DNA of 64,000 nt from Bacilli bacterium. GTDB taxonomy: Bacteria > Bacillota_I > Bacilli_A > RFN20 > CAG-826. Below the pieces are notes generated by a model. It worked only from the letters and a program-made list of their open reading frames with translations, had not been told where the DNA came from and did not search any database. A program made the position numbers and the translations under genes. This document shows positions 26,620 through 40,793 of this stretch, piece after piece (position 1 is the first letter of the stretch; each line of letters begins with the position of its first letter). The stretch covers positions 19,697 to 83,696 of the forward strand of contig JAFUXB010000003.1 of NCBI GenBank assembly GCA_017477255.1, read 5' to 3'.

Positions 26620-27301
26620 GATTACTATTGTTATTATTATTTGAATTTATATTAGTACTATTATTAAAAATAGTGGCTAAATCAACATTATCTAAATTTT
26701 GAGAGAACATTGTTTCTCTCAATTTTTTTATTCTAAACATTCTTGCAATATAACCTTGAACATTTATTAAATACCAAATAATTCCTACCGCAAAGAATAA
26801 AGCAATAAAGTAATTTATCATTTGAACATTTAATAAGAAATGAGGAGTGTTTTTAAGTTCAACACCACCAATTCCAAATGGGAAAACATAATAAGCATTT
26901 GAGAAATCCCAAGTGAAAAATAATGTTCCAATTCCGGTTGTATCATTTAAAAATGATTCACCCCAATTACCTACAAATGAGTGGTAAGTGATCCATAATA
27001 AAAGTGCAAAAATTATAAAAATAACTGGGATTAGCGAGGTTTTGAAGAAATATTTCTTATTTTTAGTGCTTGCTACTGTGTAGAATTTTTGTTCCTCATC
27101 AATAAGTCCACTAAGAATAAGTGGTGCCATTAAACGATCAATTTTTCTTGATTGGAAATCAATAATTTTCTCTACTAATCTACCAACTAAACCAAAAATA
27201 GCAAAGAAAGCAATAATAACAAACAAAACAGCTAAAAGAATTTTCCAGAAATTGGAATCAGTAAATTTAGATAGCACTAGAAAATTAGTAAGTAAAGTCA
27301 T
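26609..27301 (-). CDS. Hypothetical polytopic membrane protein with Asn-rich C-terminal tail
   Basis: 230 aa, about 4 TM helices, tail NNSTNINSNNNNNSNLNQ. 17-nt overlap with the upstream gene suggests translational coupling. Confidence 0.7.
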   Translation of the reverse strand: MTLLTNFLVLSKFTDSNFWKILLAVLFVIIAFFAIFGLVGRLVEKIIDFQSRKIDRLMAPLILSGLIDEEQKFYTVASTKNKKYFFKTSLIPVIFIIFALLLWITYHSFVGNWGESFLNDTTGIGTLFFTWDFSNAYYVFPFGIGGVELKNTPHFLLNVQMINYFIALFFAVGIIWYLINVQGYIARMFRIKKLRETMFSQNLDNVDLATIFNNSTNINSNNNNNSNLNQ

Positions 27302-27737
27302 TTTTACCGTCCTCCTTAACTAAATTTTCTTCAGTTTCGTTATTTTGTTCATAACCTATATAATTAGGTTCATTCATATTTAATTGATCTGGATTATTTT
27401 GAGGGATTTGTTGATTGTTTTGTTGTTGTTGCATCTGTCTAAATGCATCAGGAGTAACATTTATTGTGTTATAAGTATTATTTACAGTATTAGTAGTGGA
27501 CATTTGAGTAGCTAATTGCTCTGATTTTCTAGCTTTTAATATTTCATAAGCTTGCTCATCTAAATCATCTTTAACTTCAAATTTCTTACCTTTAAAGAAA
27601 TAGACAAGAGTTTTGAAAATATAAACAATAAAGATAAAGAAAAGATAAATTCCATAGATAACTAATCCAATTATCATAAATGGAAGTAATAAGAAATATA
27701 AAATACCTTTTCCGAATGTCTTAAAAAATGAGTCCAT
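27285..27737 (-). CDS. Hypothetical membrane protein with Q/N-rich cytoplasmic tail
   Basis: 150 aa. Two N-terminal TM helices, then QQMQQQQNNQQIPQNNPDQ low-complexity sequence. Confidence 0.65.
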   Translation of the reverse strand: MDSFFKTFGKGILYFLLLPFMIIGLVIYGIYLFFIFIVYIFKTLVYFFKGKKFEVKDDLDEQAYEILKARKSEQLATQMSTTNTVNNTYNTINVTPDAFRQMQQQQNNQQIPQNNPDQLNMNEPNYIGYEQNNETEENLVKEDGKNDFTY

Positions 27738-27745
27738 TAATATTA

Positions 27746-28714
27746 TTATACTTTATTTTTGATATTATTTAATATCAAAATTGTTAAATGTTTGATAGAA
27801 ATTAAAATTGGGAAAACTAGCATAATTACAAATGAATTTATAAGAGCGAAATTAGAATAAGTTGCAACATAAACTAGCCATGTAATTACTACTAAAACGA
27901 TAAAAATAATTGAGTTCTGCAGGGTTTTTGATTCAAAATCATATAAAATTGCAGATGAAACAACGCTTAAAAACATGAATAAATAAAAGAAGCTTATATC
28001 AAAAAAGTAATAAATTAATGATGTAATAGCTAAAGCAAAAGGAATAGTAGCTGATAATAAATAGTTTGTTTTAAATGATTCATTAATTTGATAAATCTTT
28101 TTAATTTCTCCTAAACTTATTAAAAGTAATATAAAGGTTTCAATTAAACTATAAGTGTAAATTATAGTTGGAATAAATATTTCTAAAATGCCTTCAACAT
28201 TTACATTTATTATTGCAAATAATTGATTAATCATTTTTACTTTGAATATAGCTTCGATTAAATATGTATTTCCAACATTAATTAAAGCAATAACAGTTGA
28301 AATTATAACAAGAATATATTTTAAACTTAGTTTTTGTTTGATTAATAATCCTAAAAAGAAACCTAAAATTAAACTTGGTAATAAATCAAATAAACAATAA
28401 GCTAAATTAAACATTGTAACAAGCACTGATAAAGCAAAAGTTACAACAAAAAATATTGGATAGAATCGACTTTTTATGAATAAACCAATTATTGCACAAG
28501 GGATTGGTAAAATAAAAATTAAAACCAAATTTAAAAAAGGAAAATAATTCATTAAAGCGATAATTACGATGCACAAAGCTGACATTAAAGCTATTAATGG
28601 AAGACTAGTTTTTAAGTTTTCTTTTTGTTCAAATAGTTTCATAATCTGATTACTTAAAATTATAAAACTATTTTTATTGTTTTTATATAAAAACAAATAA
28701 AAAAGTGCTATCAT
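27746..28714 (-). CDS. Hypothetical polytopic membrane protein (8-9 TM)
   Basis: 322-aa ORF. Start uncertain: ATG 28714 lies 6 nt from the divergent pcrA start, so the alternative ATG 28642 (MKLFEQKEN) may be the real one. Confidence 0.7.
   Translation of the reverse strand: MIALFYLFLYKNNKNSFIILSNQIMKLFEQKENLKTSLPLIALMSALCIVIIALMNYFPFLNLVLIFILPIPCAIIGLFIKSRFYPIFFVVTFALSVLVTMFNLAYCLFDLLPSLILGFFLGLLIKQKLSLKYILVIISTVIALINVGNTYLIEAIFKVKMINQLFAIINVNVEGILEIFIPTIIYTYSLIETFILLLISLGEIKKIYQINESFKTNYLLSATIPFALAITSLIYYFFDISFFYLFMFLSVVSSAILYDFESKTLQNSIIFIVLVVITWLVYVATYSNFALINSFVIMLVFPILISIKHLTILILNNIKNKV
27903..27931 (+). repeat. Dispersed repeat copy b (full length), inside a minus-strand CDS
   Basis: AAAATAATTGAGTTCTGCAGGGTTTTTGA. 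Read on the complement as (S)KTLQNSIIF within the membrane protein. Confidence 0.9.
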
Positions 28715-28720
28715 TTAAGC

Positions 28721-32928
<4,208 letters not shown>

Positions 32929-32931
32929 TTG

Positions 32932-33225
32932 ATGAAAGAAATAAATAAAGATGTCTTAGTTGATGCTAGTAATCGTCTTTTATTTAAGATGGAAGATAGC
33001 GAATATGAAACATTATTAAGTGAATTTGATGTAATTCAAAAACAATTCGAAATTATGGGTCATATTGAAGGTGTTGATGAAGCAAAGCCTATGACTTTTC
33101 CATATGACATTCGAATTGATTATCTTAGGGATGACGTTCCATCAACTCCTTTAGCAAAAGAAGACGTCTTAAAAAATGCAGGAAGTGTAAAAGATGGTCA
33201 AATTAAACTTCCAAAGGTGGTGTAG
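32932..33225 (+). CDS. gatC: Asp/Glu-tRNA amidotransferase subunit C
   Basis: Start set at ATG 32932 (GGAG 8 nt upstream). About 97 aa. gatCAB order. Confidence 0.85.
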   Translation: MKEINKDVLVDASNRLLFKMEDSEYETLLSEFDVIQKQFEIMGHIEGVDEAKPMTFPYDIRIDYLRDDVPSTPLAKEDVLKNAGSVKDGQIKLPKVV

Positions 33226-33227
33226 TT

Positions 33228-34697
33228 ATGCATTTTTTAGATTTAACAATTAGAGAAATTCATGAAGCTTTACTTGCTAAAAAAGTTACTGTAAGTGAGC
33301 TTGTTTTAGAAGCTCTTAAAAGAGCAAAAAATAATAATTACAATGCTTTTGAAACAATTTTAGAAGAAGAAGCAATTAAAAAAGCTCAAGAACTTGATAA
33401 ATTAGAAGTTCCTGCTGACAATTATTTATTTGGAATTCCATATGTTGCTAAAGATAATTTCAGCACAAAAGATATTGAAACAACTGCTAGCAGTAATATT
33501 TTAAAAGGTTATAAACCATTATTTAATGCTACTGTTATTGAAAAATTAAATGAAAAAGGAATGGTTTTAATTGGAAAAACTACCTTAGATGAGCTAGCAA
33601 TGGGTGGTACAGGAACTAGTGGTCATAAAGGAATTACTTATAACCCTTATGACAATAGTCATACTAGACTTGTTGGTGGATCAAGCTGTGGAAGTGCAGC
33701 TGCAGTAAGTGGAGCGATTGTTCCATTTGCTTTAGGAAGTGATACAGGTGATAGTGTAAGAAAACCTGCTTCATTTGCTGGACTTGTTGGTTTTAAACCA
33801 ACATGGGGAAGAATTTCTAGATGGGGATTATTTCCATTTGCACCAAGTTTAGACCATGTTGCATATTTTACAAGATCAGTAGATGATGCTGGTTTAATCT
33901 TAAATTGCTTATCTGGAAGAGATGAAAAAGATTTCACTTCAAGTTTAAAACCTGTGAATAACTATGATTTAAATCACACTGTAAATTTAAAAAATATAAA
34001 AATAGGTGAGATTTGCGGGGTTATTGATTCAATTACAGATAAAAACGTTTTAAATGATTTCAACAATTTAGTAGAAAAGTTAAATAAAGAAACAAAAGTT
34101 GAAAAAGTTAATTTTGATACAAAATTATTAGAATCAATTTATCCAGCTTATGTTGTTATTAGCTGTGCCGAAGCTACAAGTAATAACGCAAATTTAGATG
34201 GAATTAAATTTGGTCCATATTATGATGGAAAAACTTATCAAGATGTTATGATGCAAGCTAGAACTAATGGCTTCTCAGAACTTATTAAAAGAAGATTTGT
34301 TATTGGTAGTTATTGCTTAATGAGAGAAAACCAAGAAGAATTATTTTTAAGAGCTCAAAGAGTTAGAAGATTAATTGTCGATGCATTCAATGAAAAACTT
34401 GATGAATATGACGTCTTAATTGCTCCAGCAGCACCATCAATTGCATCATTAATTAATAATTCTAGTGATAAATTATCATCAGAATATTTAATTGCTGATA
34501 ACTATTTAGCATATGCAAACTTTGGTGGTCAACCATCTATTACTATCCCACTTGGTTTTGAAAACGGTATGCCATTTGGTGTTAATTTAACTTCCAAAAT
34601 ATTTAATGAAGAAGAACTTTTATACATTGCAAAAGAATTTGAAAAAATACTTGGATTTAAGAACTTAAGTATTAACAACATGAAAGGAGGCAAATAA
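33228..34697 (+). CDS. gatA: Asp/Glu-tRNA amidotransferase subunit A
   Basis: Amidase signature GGSSCGSAAAVSG...GSDTGDSVRKPA. Confidence 0.93.
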   Translation: MHFLDLTIREIHEALLAKKVTVSELVLEALKRAKNNNYNAFETILEEEAIKKAQELDKLEVPADNYLFGIPYVAKDNFSTKDIETTASSNILKGYKPLFNATVIEKLNEKGMVLIGKTTLDELAMGGTGTSGHKGITYNPYDNSHTRLVGGSSCGSAAAVSGAIVPFALGSDTGDSVRKPASFAGLVGFKPTWGRISRWGLFPFAPSLDHVAYFTRSVDDAGLILNCLSGRDEKDFTSSLKPVNNYDLNHTVNLKNIKIGEICGVIDSITDKNVLNDFNNLVEKLNKETKVEKVNFDTKLLESIYPAYVVISCAEATSNNANLDGIKFGPYYDGKTYQDVMMQARTNGFSELIKRRFVIGSYCLMRENQEELFLRAQRVRRLIVDAFNEKLDEYDVLIAPAAPSIASLINNSSDKLSSEYLIADNYLAYANFGGQPSITIPLGFENGMPFGVNLTSKIFNEEELLYIAKEFEKILGFKNLSINNMKGGK

Positions 34698-34698
34698 T

Positions 34699-36123
34699 AT
34701 GAATTTTGAAGCTGTTATTGGTCTTGAAATACATGTTGAATTAAAAACAAAAACTAAAATGTTTTCAGATGCACCTATAAATTTCAATGATGAACCAAAT
34801 ACTGATGTTCAACTTTTAGATATGGCCTTCCCAGGCACAATGCCAAGAGTTAACAAAGAAGCAGTAAGGTTTGCAATTAGAATGTGTAATGCTTTACACA
34901 TGGAAATCGATAAAGAAATTTGGTTTGATAGAAAGAATTATTTCTATAGTGATTTACCAAAAGGATTCCAAATTACTCAACAATTTAAACCTATAGGAAA
35001 AGAAGGTTATCTTGAAATTGAAGTAGATGGAAAATTAAAGAAAATTGAAATTGAACGTTTACATATGGAAGAAGACACATGTAAACAATTACACTTTAGC
35101 GATTATTCTTTGCTTGATTATAATCGTGCTGGTGTTCCTTTAATTGAAATCGTTTCTAAACCATTAATGAGAAGTGGTGAAGAAGCAAGAAAATATGTCG
35201 ATAAAATCAGAGAATTAGTTACTTTTGCTAATGTTAGTGATGGAAAGATGGAAGAAGGAAGCTTACGTTGTGACGTAAATATTTCTCTTAGACCTTATGG
35301 ATCAGATAAATTTGGTACTAAGGTCGAAATTAAAAACTTAAATAGTATTGCCAATATTGAAAAAGCAATTGATTATGAAATTAAAAGACAATCAGAGCTT
35401 TTATTCTTAGGAAAATCAATTCAACAAGAAACACGTAGATATGATGAAGCTAAAAAAGAGACTGTTTTAATGAGAGTTAAAACTGATGCTGCAGATTATA
35501 AATATTTTGTTGAACCAAATATTTTCCCAATTTTATTAACTGATGAGTTCGTTCAAGATGCAATTGATACTTGTCCAGAATTATATGATGCAAAATTAAA
35601 GAGATTCATTTCTCAATATCAATTAGAAGAAGTTGATGCAAAGATTTTAATAAATAATGAGGGTTTTGCAGACTTTTTTGAAAAAACATGCGAATTTTCT
35701 AAGAATTTTGTAGCTATTTCAAAGTTCTTAATTAGTGACGTTATGGGTTATTTAAACAAAGAGAATTTACCAATTAGTAGTTTTCCAGTAGATTGCAAGT
35801 ATATTGCTGAGATGGTTGACTTACTTAAGAGCAATGAAATTAATTCATCTCAAGGTAAACAAGTGTTTGCAAAATTATTAGTTGAAAATAAATCGCCATT
35901 ACTGATCAAAGAAGAATTAGGATTTACTTTAATTAATGATGAAGATGCAATTTTAAATATTATCAGAAGAGTTTTAAATGAAAATCCAACACTTATTGAT
36001 GACTTTAAAGCTGGTAAAACTCGTGTTCAAGGCTTTATTATGGGCCAAGTTATGAAAGAAACAAAAGGAAAGGTAAATCCTGGAGTTGCAAATAAATTAA
36101 TCTTACAAGAATTAAATAAATAA
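34699..36123 (+). CDS. gatB: Asp/Glu-tRNA amidotransferase subunit B
   Basis: 474 aa. AVIGLEIHVELKT N-terminus and GatB/YqeY C-terminal domain. Confidence 0.93.
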   Translation: MNFEAVIGLEIHVELKTKTKMFSDAPINFNDEPNTDVQLLDMAFPGTMPRVNKEAVRFAIRMCNALHMEIDKEIWFDRKNYFYSDLPKGFQITQQFKPIGKEGYLEIEVDGKLKKIEIERLHMEEDTCKQLHFSDYSLLDYNRAGVPLIEIVSKPLMRSGEEARKYVDKIRELVTFANVSDGKMEEGSLRCDVNISLRPYGSDKFGTKVEIKNLNSIANIEKAIDYEIKRQSELLFLGKSIQQETRRYDEAKKETVLMRVKTDAADYKYFVEPNIFPILLTDEFVQDAIDTCPELYDAKLKRFISQYQLEEVDAKILINNEGFADFFEKTCEFSKNFVAISKFLISDVMGYLNKENLPISSFPVDCKYIAEMVDLLKSNEINSSQGKQVFAKLLVENKSPLLIKEELGFTLINDEDAILNIIRRVLNENPTLIDDFKAGKTRVQGFIMGQVMKETKGKVNPGVANKLILQELNK

Positions 36124-36133
36124 GGAGTTTATT

Positions 36134-37120
36134 ATGGTCAAGATTGAAGACAAAGGAAGAGCCAAAACAATTGAAGTTACTAATAAAACAGGATTAAAAA
36201 TAGTTTTATGTACTTATGGTGCTTCAGTATTTAGTTTAAAAGTTAATGATAAACCATTAATCTTAGAGTTTGAAAATTTCGATGAATTCTTGGATTCTTT
36301 AGGATATCATGGTAAAACTTTAGGTAGAGTTGCTGGAAGAATTCTTTCACCAATTGAAATTGATGGTGTTAAATATGAACTTAAAAAAGAATTAGATTTC
36401 CCATATGCTTTACATGGTGGAAGCCAAACTTCACTTTCTTATGTAAATTGGGATTATAAGATTAAAAAAGGTTTAGGCTTTACTTCCGTTGTATTTTCAA
36501 TTTTAGATAAAGATTTAAATAATGGTTTCCCAGGAAATGTATTATTTAAAATTACTTATAAAATATTTAATAATAAAAATGAATTTAGATTAATTCAAGA
36601 AGCTAAAACTGACAAGAAAACATATATTAACTTATCAAATCACATGTATTTTAGCTTCTCAAATGATTTAAATTTGAGTGATTATGTCCTTAAAATGGAT
36701 GCTTCTAGATATGGTGATGTAAGAAAAGATATTTTAATTACTGAAACCAAACAAGTTCCTGAAATGTTGAACTTTAAAGAAGGTGCAAAGCTTGGAGAAA
36801 AATTAGATATTATCGAAAAAGAATCATTCCTCGGAACTATTGATAATACATTCTTATTTGATAATTCAACAGATTCAGAAGCTGATGTTACTTTAGAAAA
36901 TCAAGATTTTAAACTTGTATTAAATACAAATTATCCAGCAATGAATATTTACTTGGATAATTCAATGGGTGATCAAAAATTTGTAAATAATAAAGGAATC
37001 AATAAAAGAAGAGCAATCGCATTAGAACCACAATTATACGATTTAGAATTAGATTCAATTACATTTGATAAAAATCATAGTTATAAATACTTTATAAACT
37101 ATCAAATTATAAGCAAATAA
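36134..37120 (+). CDS. galM: Aldose 1-epimerase (galactose mutarotase-like)
   Basis: 328 aa. YALHGG motif and typical beta-sandwich length. Adjacent to galK. Confidence 0.7.
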   Translation: MVKIEDKGRAKTIEVTNKTGLKIVLCTYGASVFSLKVNDKPLILEFENFDEFLDSLGYHGKTLGRVAGRILSPIEIDGVKYELKKELDFPYALHGGSQTSLSYVNWDYKIKKGLGFTSVVFSILDKDLNNGFPGNVLFKITYKIFNNKNEFRLIQEAKTDKKTYINLSNHMYFSFSNDLNLSDYVLKMDASRYGDVRKDILITETKQVPEMLNFKEGAKLGEKLDIIEKESFLGTIDNTFLFDNSTDSEADVTLENQDFKLVLNTNYPAMNIYLDNSMGDQKFVNNKGINKRRAIALEPQLYDLELDSITFDKNHSYKYFINYQIISK

Positions 37121-37131
37121 GGAGTTAGATT

Positions 37132-38298
37132 ATGTTTAGAAGAAAAGCATTTTTAAATGAGTTCTGCAGGGTTTTTAAAGAAAAACCAACTTATTTAATG
37201 GACACAGGTGGTCGTTTAGAAATAGTAGGAAATCACACTGATCATAATCATGGATTATGCTTAGTTGCAAACTGCTCTTTAAGAATTTATTGTGCAATTA
37301 ATAAAAATCCGTTAAAAGTTAGAATCAAATCAAAAGGATATAAATATTTTGAATTCCCTGTTGATGATTTAGAACATAATCCAAATGAAAACTCCACTAC
37401 ATTAGCTATTGTTAAAGGTGTTTTATTTAAACTTAAAGAAGAAGGTTATAAAATTGGAGGATTTGATGCTTATATTGAAAGTGAAATTCCTGATGGAAGC
37501 GGTGTTTCAAGTAGTGCAGCAATCGAATCTTTATTTGGCTATTTAGTTTCTTATTTATATAACGATGGAAAAATTCCATCAGTTACAATCGCAAAAATTG
37601 GACAATTTAGTGAAAATGTTTATTTTAATAAACAATGTGGTATGTTAGATCAAATTGGAACAGCTTTTGATTCGAGCAATTTTATTGATTTTTCAAATAT
37701 AAAAGAACCAAAAGTTACTACATTACCATTTAATTTACCATTATCAATTTTCTTAGTTAAATCTGTTGGTGATCACAGCAATTTAACCCCATTATATAAT
37801 GCAATTCCAAGTTCAATGAAAGCTGCAGCTAAATTAATCGATGGTAGCGAAGTTTTAATGGATGTTAAAGTCAAAGATCCATATGCAGCGATTGATAAAA
37901 TTGATTTAGATGATGCTTCAAAAAGAAAAGCAAAACATTTCTTTAATGAATGTGCTAATGTTTTAGAAGCTAAAAAAGGAATTGAAGAAAATAATGTTGA
38001 ATTATTCCTTGATGCTGTAAGAAAATCGCAAGATTCAAGTAATAACAACTTAGAAAATACATATGTTAGAGGTGAATATGAAGATTCTCCTCAAAATATT
38101 ATTGATCAAGTTAACGAAGTATTAAAAGATCATGGTGCAGTAAGAATTCATGGTGGTGGATTCAAAGGAACAGTTATTATATTCGTTAAGAATGAATTCA
38201 AAGAAGAGTTTAAAGAATTCTTAAGCAAAACTTATCCAAAGAACAGATTCTTTGAAGTTAAAATTCCTGAAAAAGCTGTTCATTTTGAAACTTTATAA
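37132..38298 (+). CDS. galK: Galactokinase-like GHMP kinase
   Basis: GGRLEIVGNHTDHNHG (galactokinase signature variant) and GHMP ATP motif PDGSGVSSSAA. Confidence 0.75.
   Translation: MFRRKAFLNEFCRVFKEKPTYLMDTGGRLEIVGNHTDHNHGLCLVANCSLRIYCAINKNPLKVRIKSKGYKYFEFPVDDLEHNPNENSTTLAIVKGVLFKLKEEGYKIGGFDAYIESEIPDGSGVSSSAAIESLFGYLVSYLYNDGKIPSVTIAKIGQFSENVYFNKQCGMLDQIGTAFDSSNFIDFSNIKEPKVTTLPFNLPLSIFLVKSVGDHSNLTPLYNAIPSSMKAAAKLIDGSEVLMDVKVKDPYAAIDKIDLDDASKRKAKHFFNECANVLEAKKGIEENNVELFLDAVRKSQDSSNNNLENTYVRGEYEDSPQNIIDQVNEVLKDHGAVRIHGGGFKGTVIIFVKNEFKEEFKEFLSKTYPKNRFFEVKIPEKAVHFETL
37159..37176 (+). repeat. Dispersed repeat copy c (18-nt core GAGTTCTGCAGGGTTTTT)
   Basis: Inside the galK N-terminus, read as EFCRVF. 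Identical over 18 nt to copies b/e/f. Confidence 0.75.
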
Positions 38299-38300
38299 TT

Positions 38301-38528
38301 ATGTGGTTAGATAAGCAAAAAAAGAGTATTAAGATTTTATTTTTAATTCCAATTTGGGGATGGTTAACTAGTGCAATTTATCGAATTATTCGATATAAAA
38401 CTAGCAAAGACTCCTTAACTTTATTTATTGGAATAATTTGTTTATTTCCTTTTATAGGAATTATTCTTTCGATTTGTGATATTATTACAATAGTAATAAA
38501 TGATGAAATTAAAGTTTTAGCGGAGTAA
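38301..38528 (+). CDS. Small two-TM membrane protein
   Basis: 75 aa, two hydrophobic helices. ATG 2 nt after the galK stop. Confidence 0.55.
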   Translation: MWLDKQKKSIKILFLIPIWGWLTSAIYRIIRYKTSKDSLTLFIGIICLFPFIGIILSICDIITIVINDEIKVLAE

Positions 38529-38530
38529 TT

Positions 38531-39235
38531 ATGAACAAGAATGATAACGACTTTTTAAAGTATATTAAGAATCTAGAAAAATATGAGTTACCAACTTATA
38601 ACGAACTTCCAGAAATTCCACTTTATATGGAACAGGTTGTTGGTTATATTAATGAGGTTTTGAATGATTTAACTCAAGATAGTGAAACAACAATCACCCC
38701 ATTTATGGTAAATAATTACGTTAAAGCAAAAATTATTTCATCACCTGTTGAAAAGAAATATAGTAAAGATAATATTGGTTATTTAATTGCAATTTCAATT
38801 TTAAAATCAGTTGTTTCAATGAAAAATATGGCTGTTTTAATTGATATTGATGAAAAAGTTAGAACTAATACAAATAATGGAGATTTTGAAACTTTATATA
38901 GCCTATTTAAAAAGATTGAAGGCGAATCAATTAAAAACGTTGTAAGAAAAGTAAATGCAAGAGTTGAAGTAATTGAAAAAGCTTCAAGAAATAATAAGAA
39001 AAATTCAAAATATTCAAAAGAAGATGAAGAAAAAGTTAATTTAGCTTATATAGCTCTTAGACTCTATATTGAATCTGAAGTTAATAAGCTTGTTGCTGAT
39101 AATTTAATGGAATATATTTCAAAAGAAGTTCTTCCAGAAGAGTTCTTAAAAGAACCTAAAAAAGCAGCAAAAATGGATAAAAAGAAAACAAGTGTTGAAG
39201 CTAAAAAGTTGGCAGATAGACAAAGGAGAAAATAA
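38531..39235 (+). CDS. DUF1836-like protein with lysine-rich C-terminal tail
   Basis: 234 aa. The N-terminal pattern LPEIPLYMEQVVGYIN ... TPFMVNNYVKAKIISSPVEKKYSKDNIGYLI matches my recollection of DUF1836. Confidence 0.5.
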   Translation: MNKNDNDFLKYIKNLEKYELPTYNELPEIPLYMEQVVGYINEVLNDLTQDSETTITPFMVNNYVKAKIISSPVEKKYSKDNIGYLIAISILKSVVSMKNMAVLIDIDEKVRTNTNNGDFETLYSLFKKIEGESIKNVVRKVNARVEVIEKASRNNKKNSKYSKEDEEKVNLAYIALRLYIESEVNKLVADNLMEYISKEVLPEEFLKEPKKAAKMDKKKTSVEAKKLADRQRRK

Positions 39236-39237
39236 AA

Positions 39238-40251
39238 ATGAAAGTTTTAGTTACTGGTGGATTAGGCTTTATTGGAAGCCATACTGTTGTTGAATTAATT
39301 AATAATAAGGACGAAGTCGTTATTATTGATAACTTATATAATAGTAAATTAGTTGTTTTAGATAGAATTAAAGAAATAACTGGTGTTAAACCAAAATTCT
39401 ATCAATTTGATGTTCAAGATGTTGAAAAATTAGAAGAAGTATTTAAAGCTGAAAAGCCAGAAGCAATAATTCATTTTGCTGGTTATAAAGCAGTTGGTGA
39501 AAGTGTTCAAAAACCACTTGAATATTATGAAAATAATTTAACATCAACATTTGCTTTACTTCATATGATGAAAAAATATAACTGCAACAATTTAGTTTTT
39601 TCAAGTAGTGCAACAATTTATGGAGTACCAGATCACACTCCATTAAAAGAAAGTGACCCAAGAAAAGAAGCAACATCACCTTATGGTGAAAGTAAAGTTA
39701 TGATCGAAAGAATTTTAGAAGATGTTGCTCATGTAAATCCACAATATAACATTGCAATTTTAAGATATTTCAACCCAATTGGTGCTCATAAGAGTGGCTT
39801 ATTAGGTGAAGATCCAAATGGTTTACCAAATAACTTATTACCATATATTAATAAAGTTGCAGTTGGTGAACTTCCATATTTAAGAGTATTTGGAAATGAC
39901 TATGACACAGTTGATGGCACTGGAGTTAGAGATTATATTCACGTTGTTGATTTAGCTGTTGGTCACGTCTTAGCTTTAAATAAATTAAAAACAAATTCTG
40001 GTTTAGTTACTTATAATTTAGGAACTGGGAAAGGAACTAGTGTTTTAGAAATTGTTAAAGCTTATGAAGAAGCAACTGGAGTTCATATTCCAATTCAAAT
40101 TCAACCACGTAGAGATGGTGACGTTGCATCTAACTATGCTAACTGTGATAAGGCTTATAAAGAATTAGGCTTTAAAGCTAAATATACTGTATTTGATGCT
40201 TGCAAAGATGGATATTATTTCCAAAAATGTGAGCAAAATCGTAAAAAATAA
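39238..40251 (+). CDS. galE: UDP-glucose 4-epimerase
   Basis: 337 aa. GGLGFIGSH Rossmann motif, YxxxK (SPYGESK). The last codons and TAA lie inside repeat copy g. Confidence 0.92.
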   Translation: MKVLVTGGLGFIGSHTVVELINNKDEVVIIDNLYNSKLVVLDRIKEITGVKPKFYQFDVQDVEKLEEVFKAEKPEAIIHFAGYKAVGESVQKPLEYYENNLTSTFALLHMMKKYNCNNLVFSSSATIYGVPDHTPLKESDPRKEATSPYGESKVMIERILEDVAHVNPQYNIAILRYFNPIGAHKSGLLGEDPNGLPNNLLPYINKVAVGELPYLRVFGNDYDTVDGTGVRDYIHVVDLAVGHVLALNKLKTNSGLVTYNLGTGKGTSVLEIVKAYEEATGVHIPIQIQPRRDGDVASNYANCDKAYKELGFKAKYTVFDACKDGYYFQKCEQNRKK

Positions 40252-40273
40252 TTGAGATTTGCAGGGTTTTTGA
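40245..40273 (+). repeat. Dispersed repeat copy g (full length)
   Basis: AAAATAATTGAGATTTGCAGGGTTTTTGA. Contains the galE stop codon and precedes the galE terminator. Confidence 0.9.
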
Positions 40274-40275
40274 AA

Positions 40276-40304
40276 AAATATAGGTTAAATGCCTATATTT
40301 TTTA
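40276..40304 (+). terminator. Rho-independent terminator after galE
   Basis: Stem AAATATAGG / CCTATATTT, loop TTAAATG; the TTTTTT run begins within the 3' arm of the stem (40298-40303). Confidence 0.7.
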
Positions 40305-40324
40305 CCCCCTGATATAGGTGTTTA

Positions 40325-40792
40325 ATGAGAGTTTGTTATATCTTAACTAGTGTTCCTGGAAGTGGCAAATCAACTTGGTCACTTAACTTTAAGGCTACTC
40401 ATTTAAATACTTTTATTATCTCTAGTGATGAAATAAGAAAAGAACTTGGTGGAAGTTATCAATACTTTAAAGAAGAAGATCGAGTTTGGAAAATTTTCTT
40501 TGCTAGAGCTAACAAATACACAAAGTTATATCGTGATGTTAATGTAATTTTAGATTCAACTTGTATAAACGATTATTATCGCGAACTCTATATGAAAAAA
40601 TGTACTGGTTTTGATAAATTCGTTTTGGTTTTCTTTGATATTCCTTTCGCTGAATGTAGAAAAAGAAATAAACAAAGAAGTAAAGAAAAAATAGTTCCAG
40701 AAAAAGCTTTTGATCAAATGCTAAAAAAATTTAAAGCACCTTCTGAAGAACTTATAGCTCTTTTTGACGATTACATCGTAGTTAAAAATTAA
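40325..40792 (+). CDS. P-loop kinase-like ATP-binding protein (AAA_33 / polynucleotide-kinase-like fold)
   Basis: 155 aa. Walker A SVPGSGKST, then SSDEIRKE and a Walker-B-like VILDST. Substrate not inferable. Confidence 0.55.
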   Translation: MRVCYILTSVPGSGKSTWSLNFKATHLNTFIISSDEIRKELGGSYQYFKEEDRVWKIFFARANKYTKLYRDVNVILDSTCINDYYRELYMKKCTGFDKFVLVFFDIPFAECRKRNKQRSKEKIVPEKAFDQMLKKFKAPSEELIALFDDYIVVKN

Positions 40793-40793
40793 T

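Noticed and set aside
40252-40280. Interpreting the dispersed repeat as a promoter, with TTGAGN as -35 and TG-n-AAAAAT/TAAAAA as an extended -10.
   Set aside because: Spacing works for copies g and f. However, half the copies point away from or antisense to any gene, several lie inside CDSs, and in copy f the putative -10 abuts the ppa RBS, leaving no room for a transcript start.
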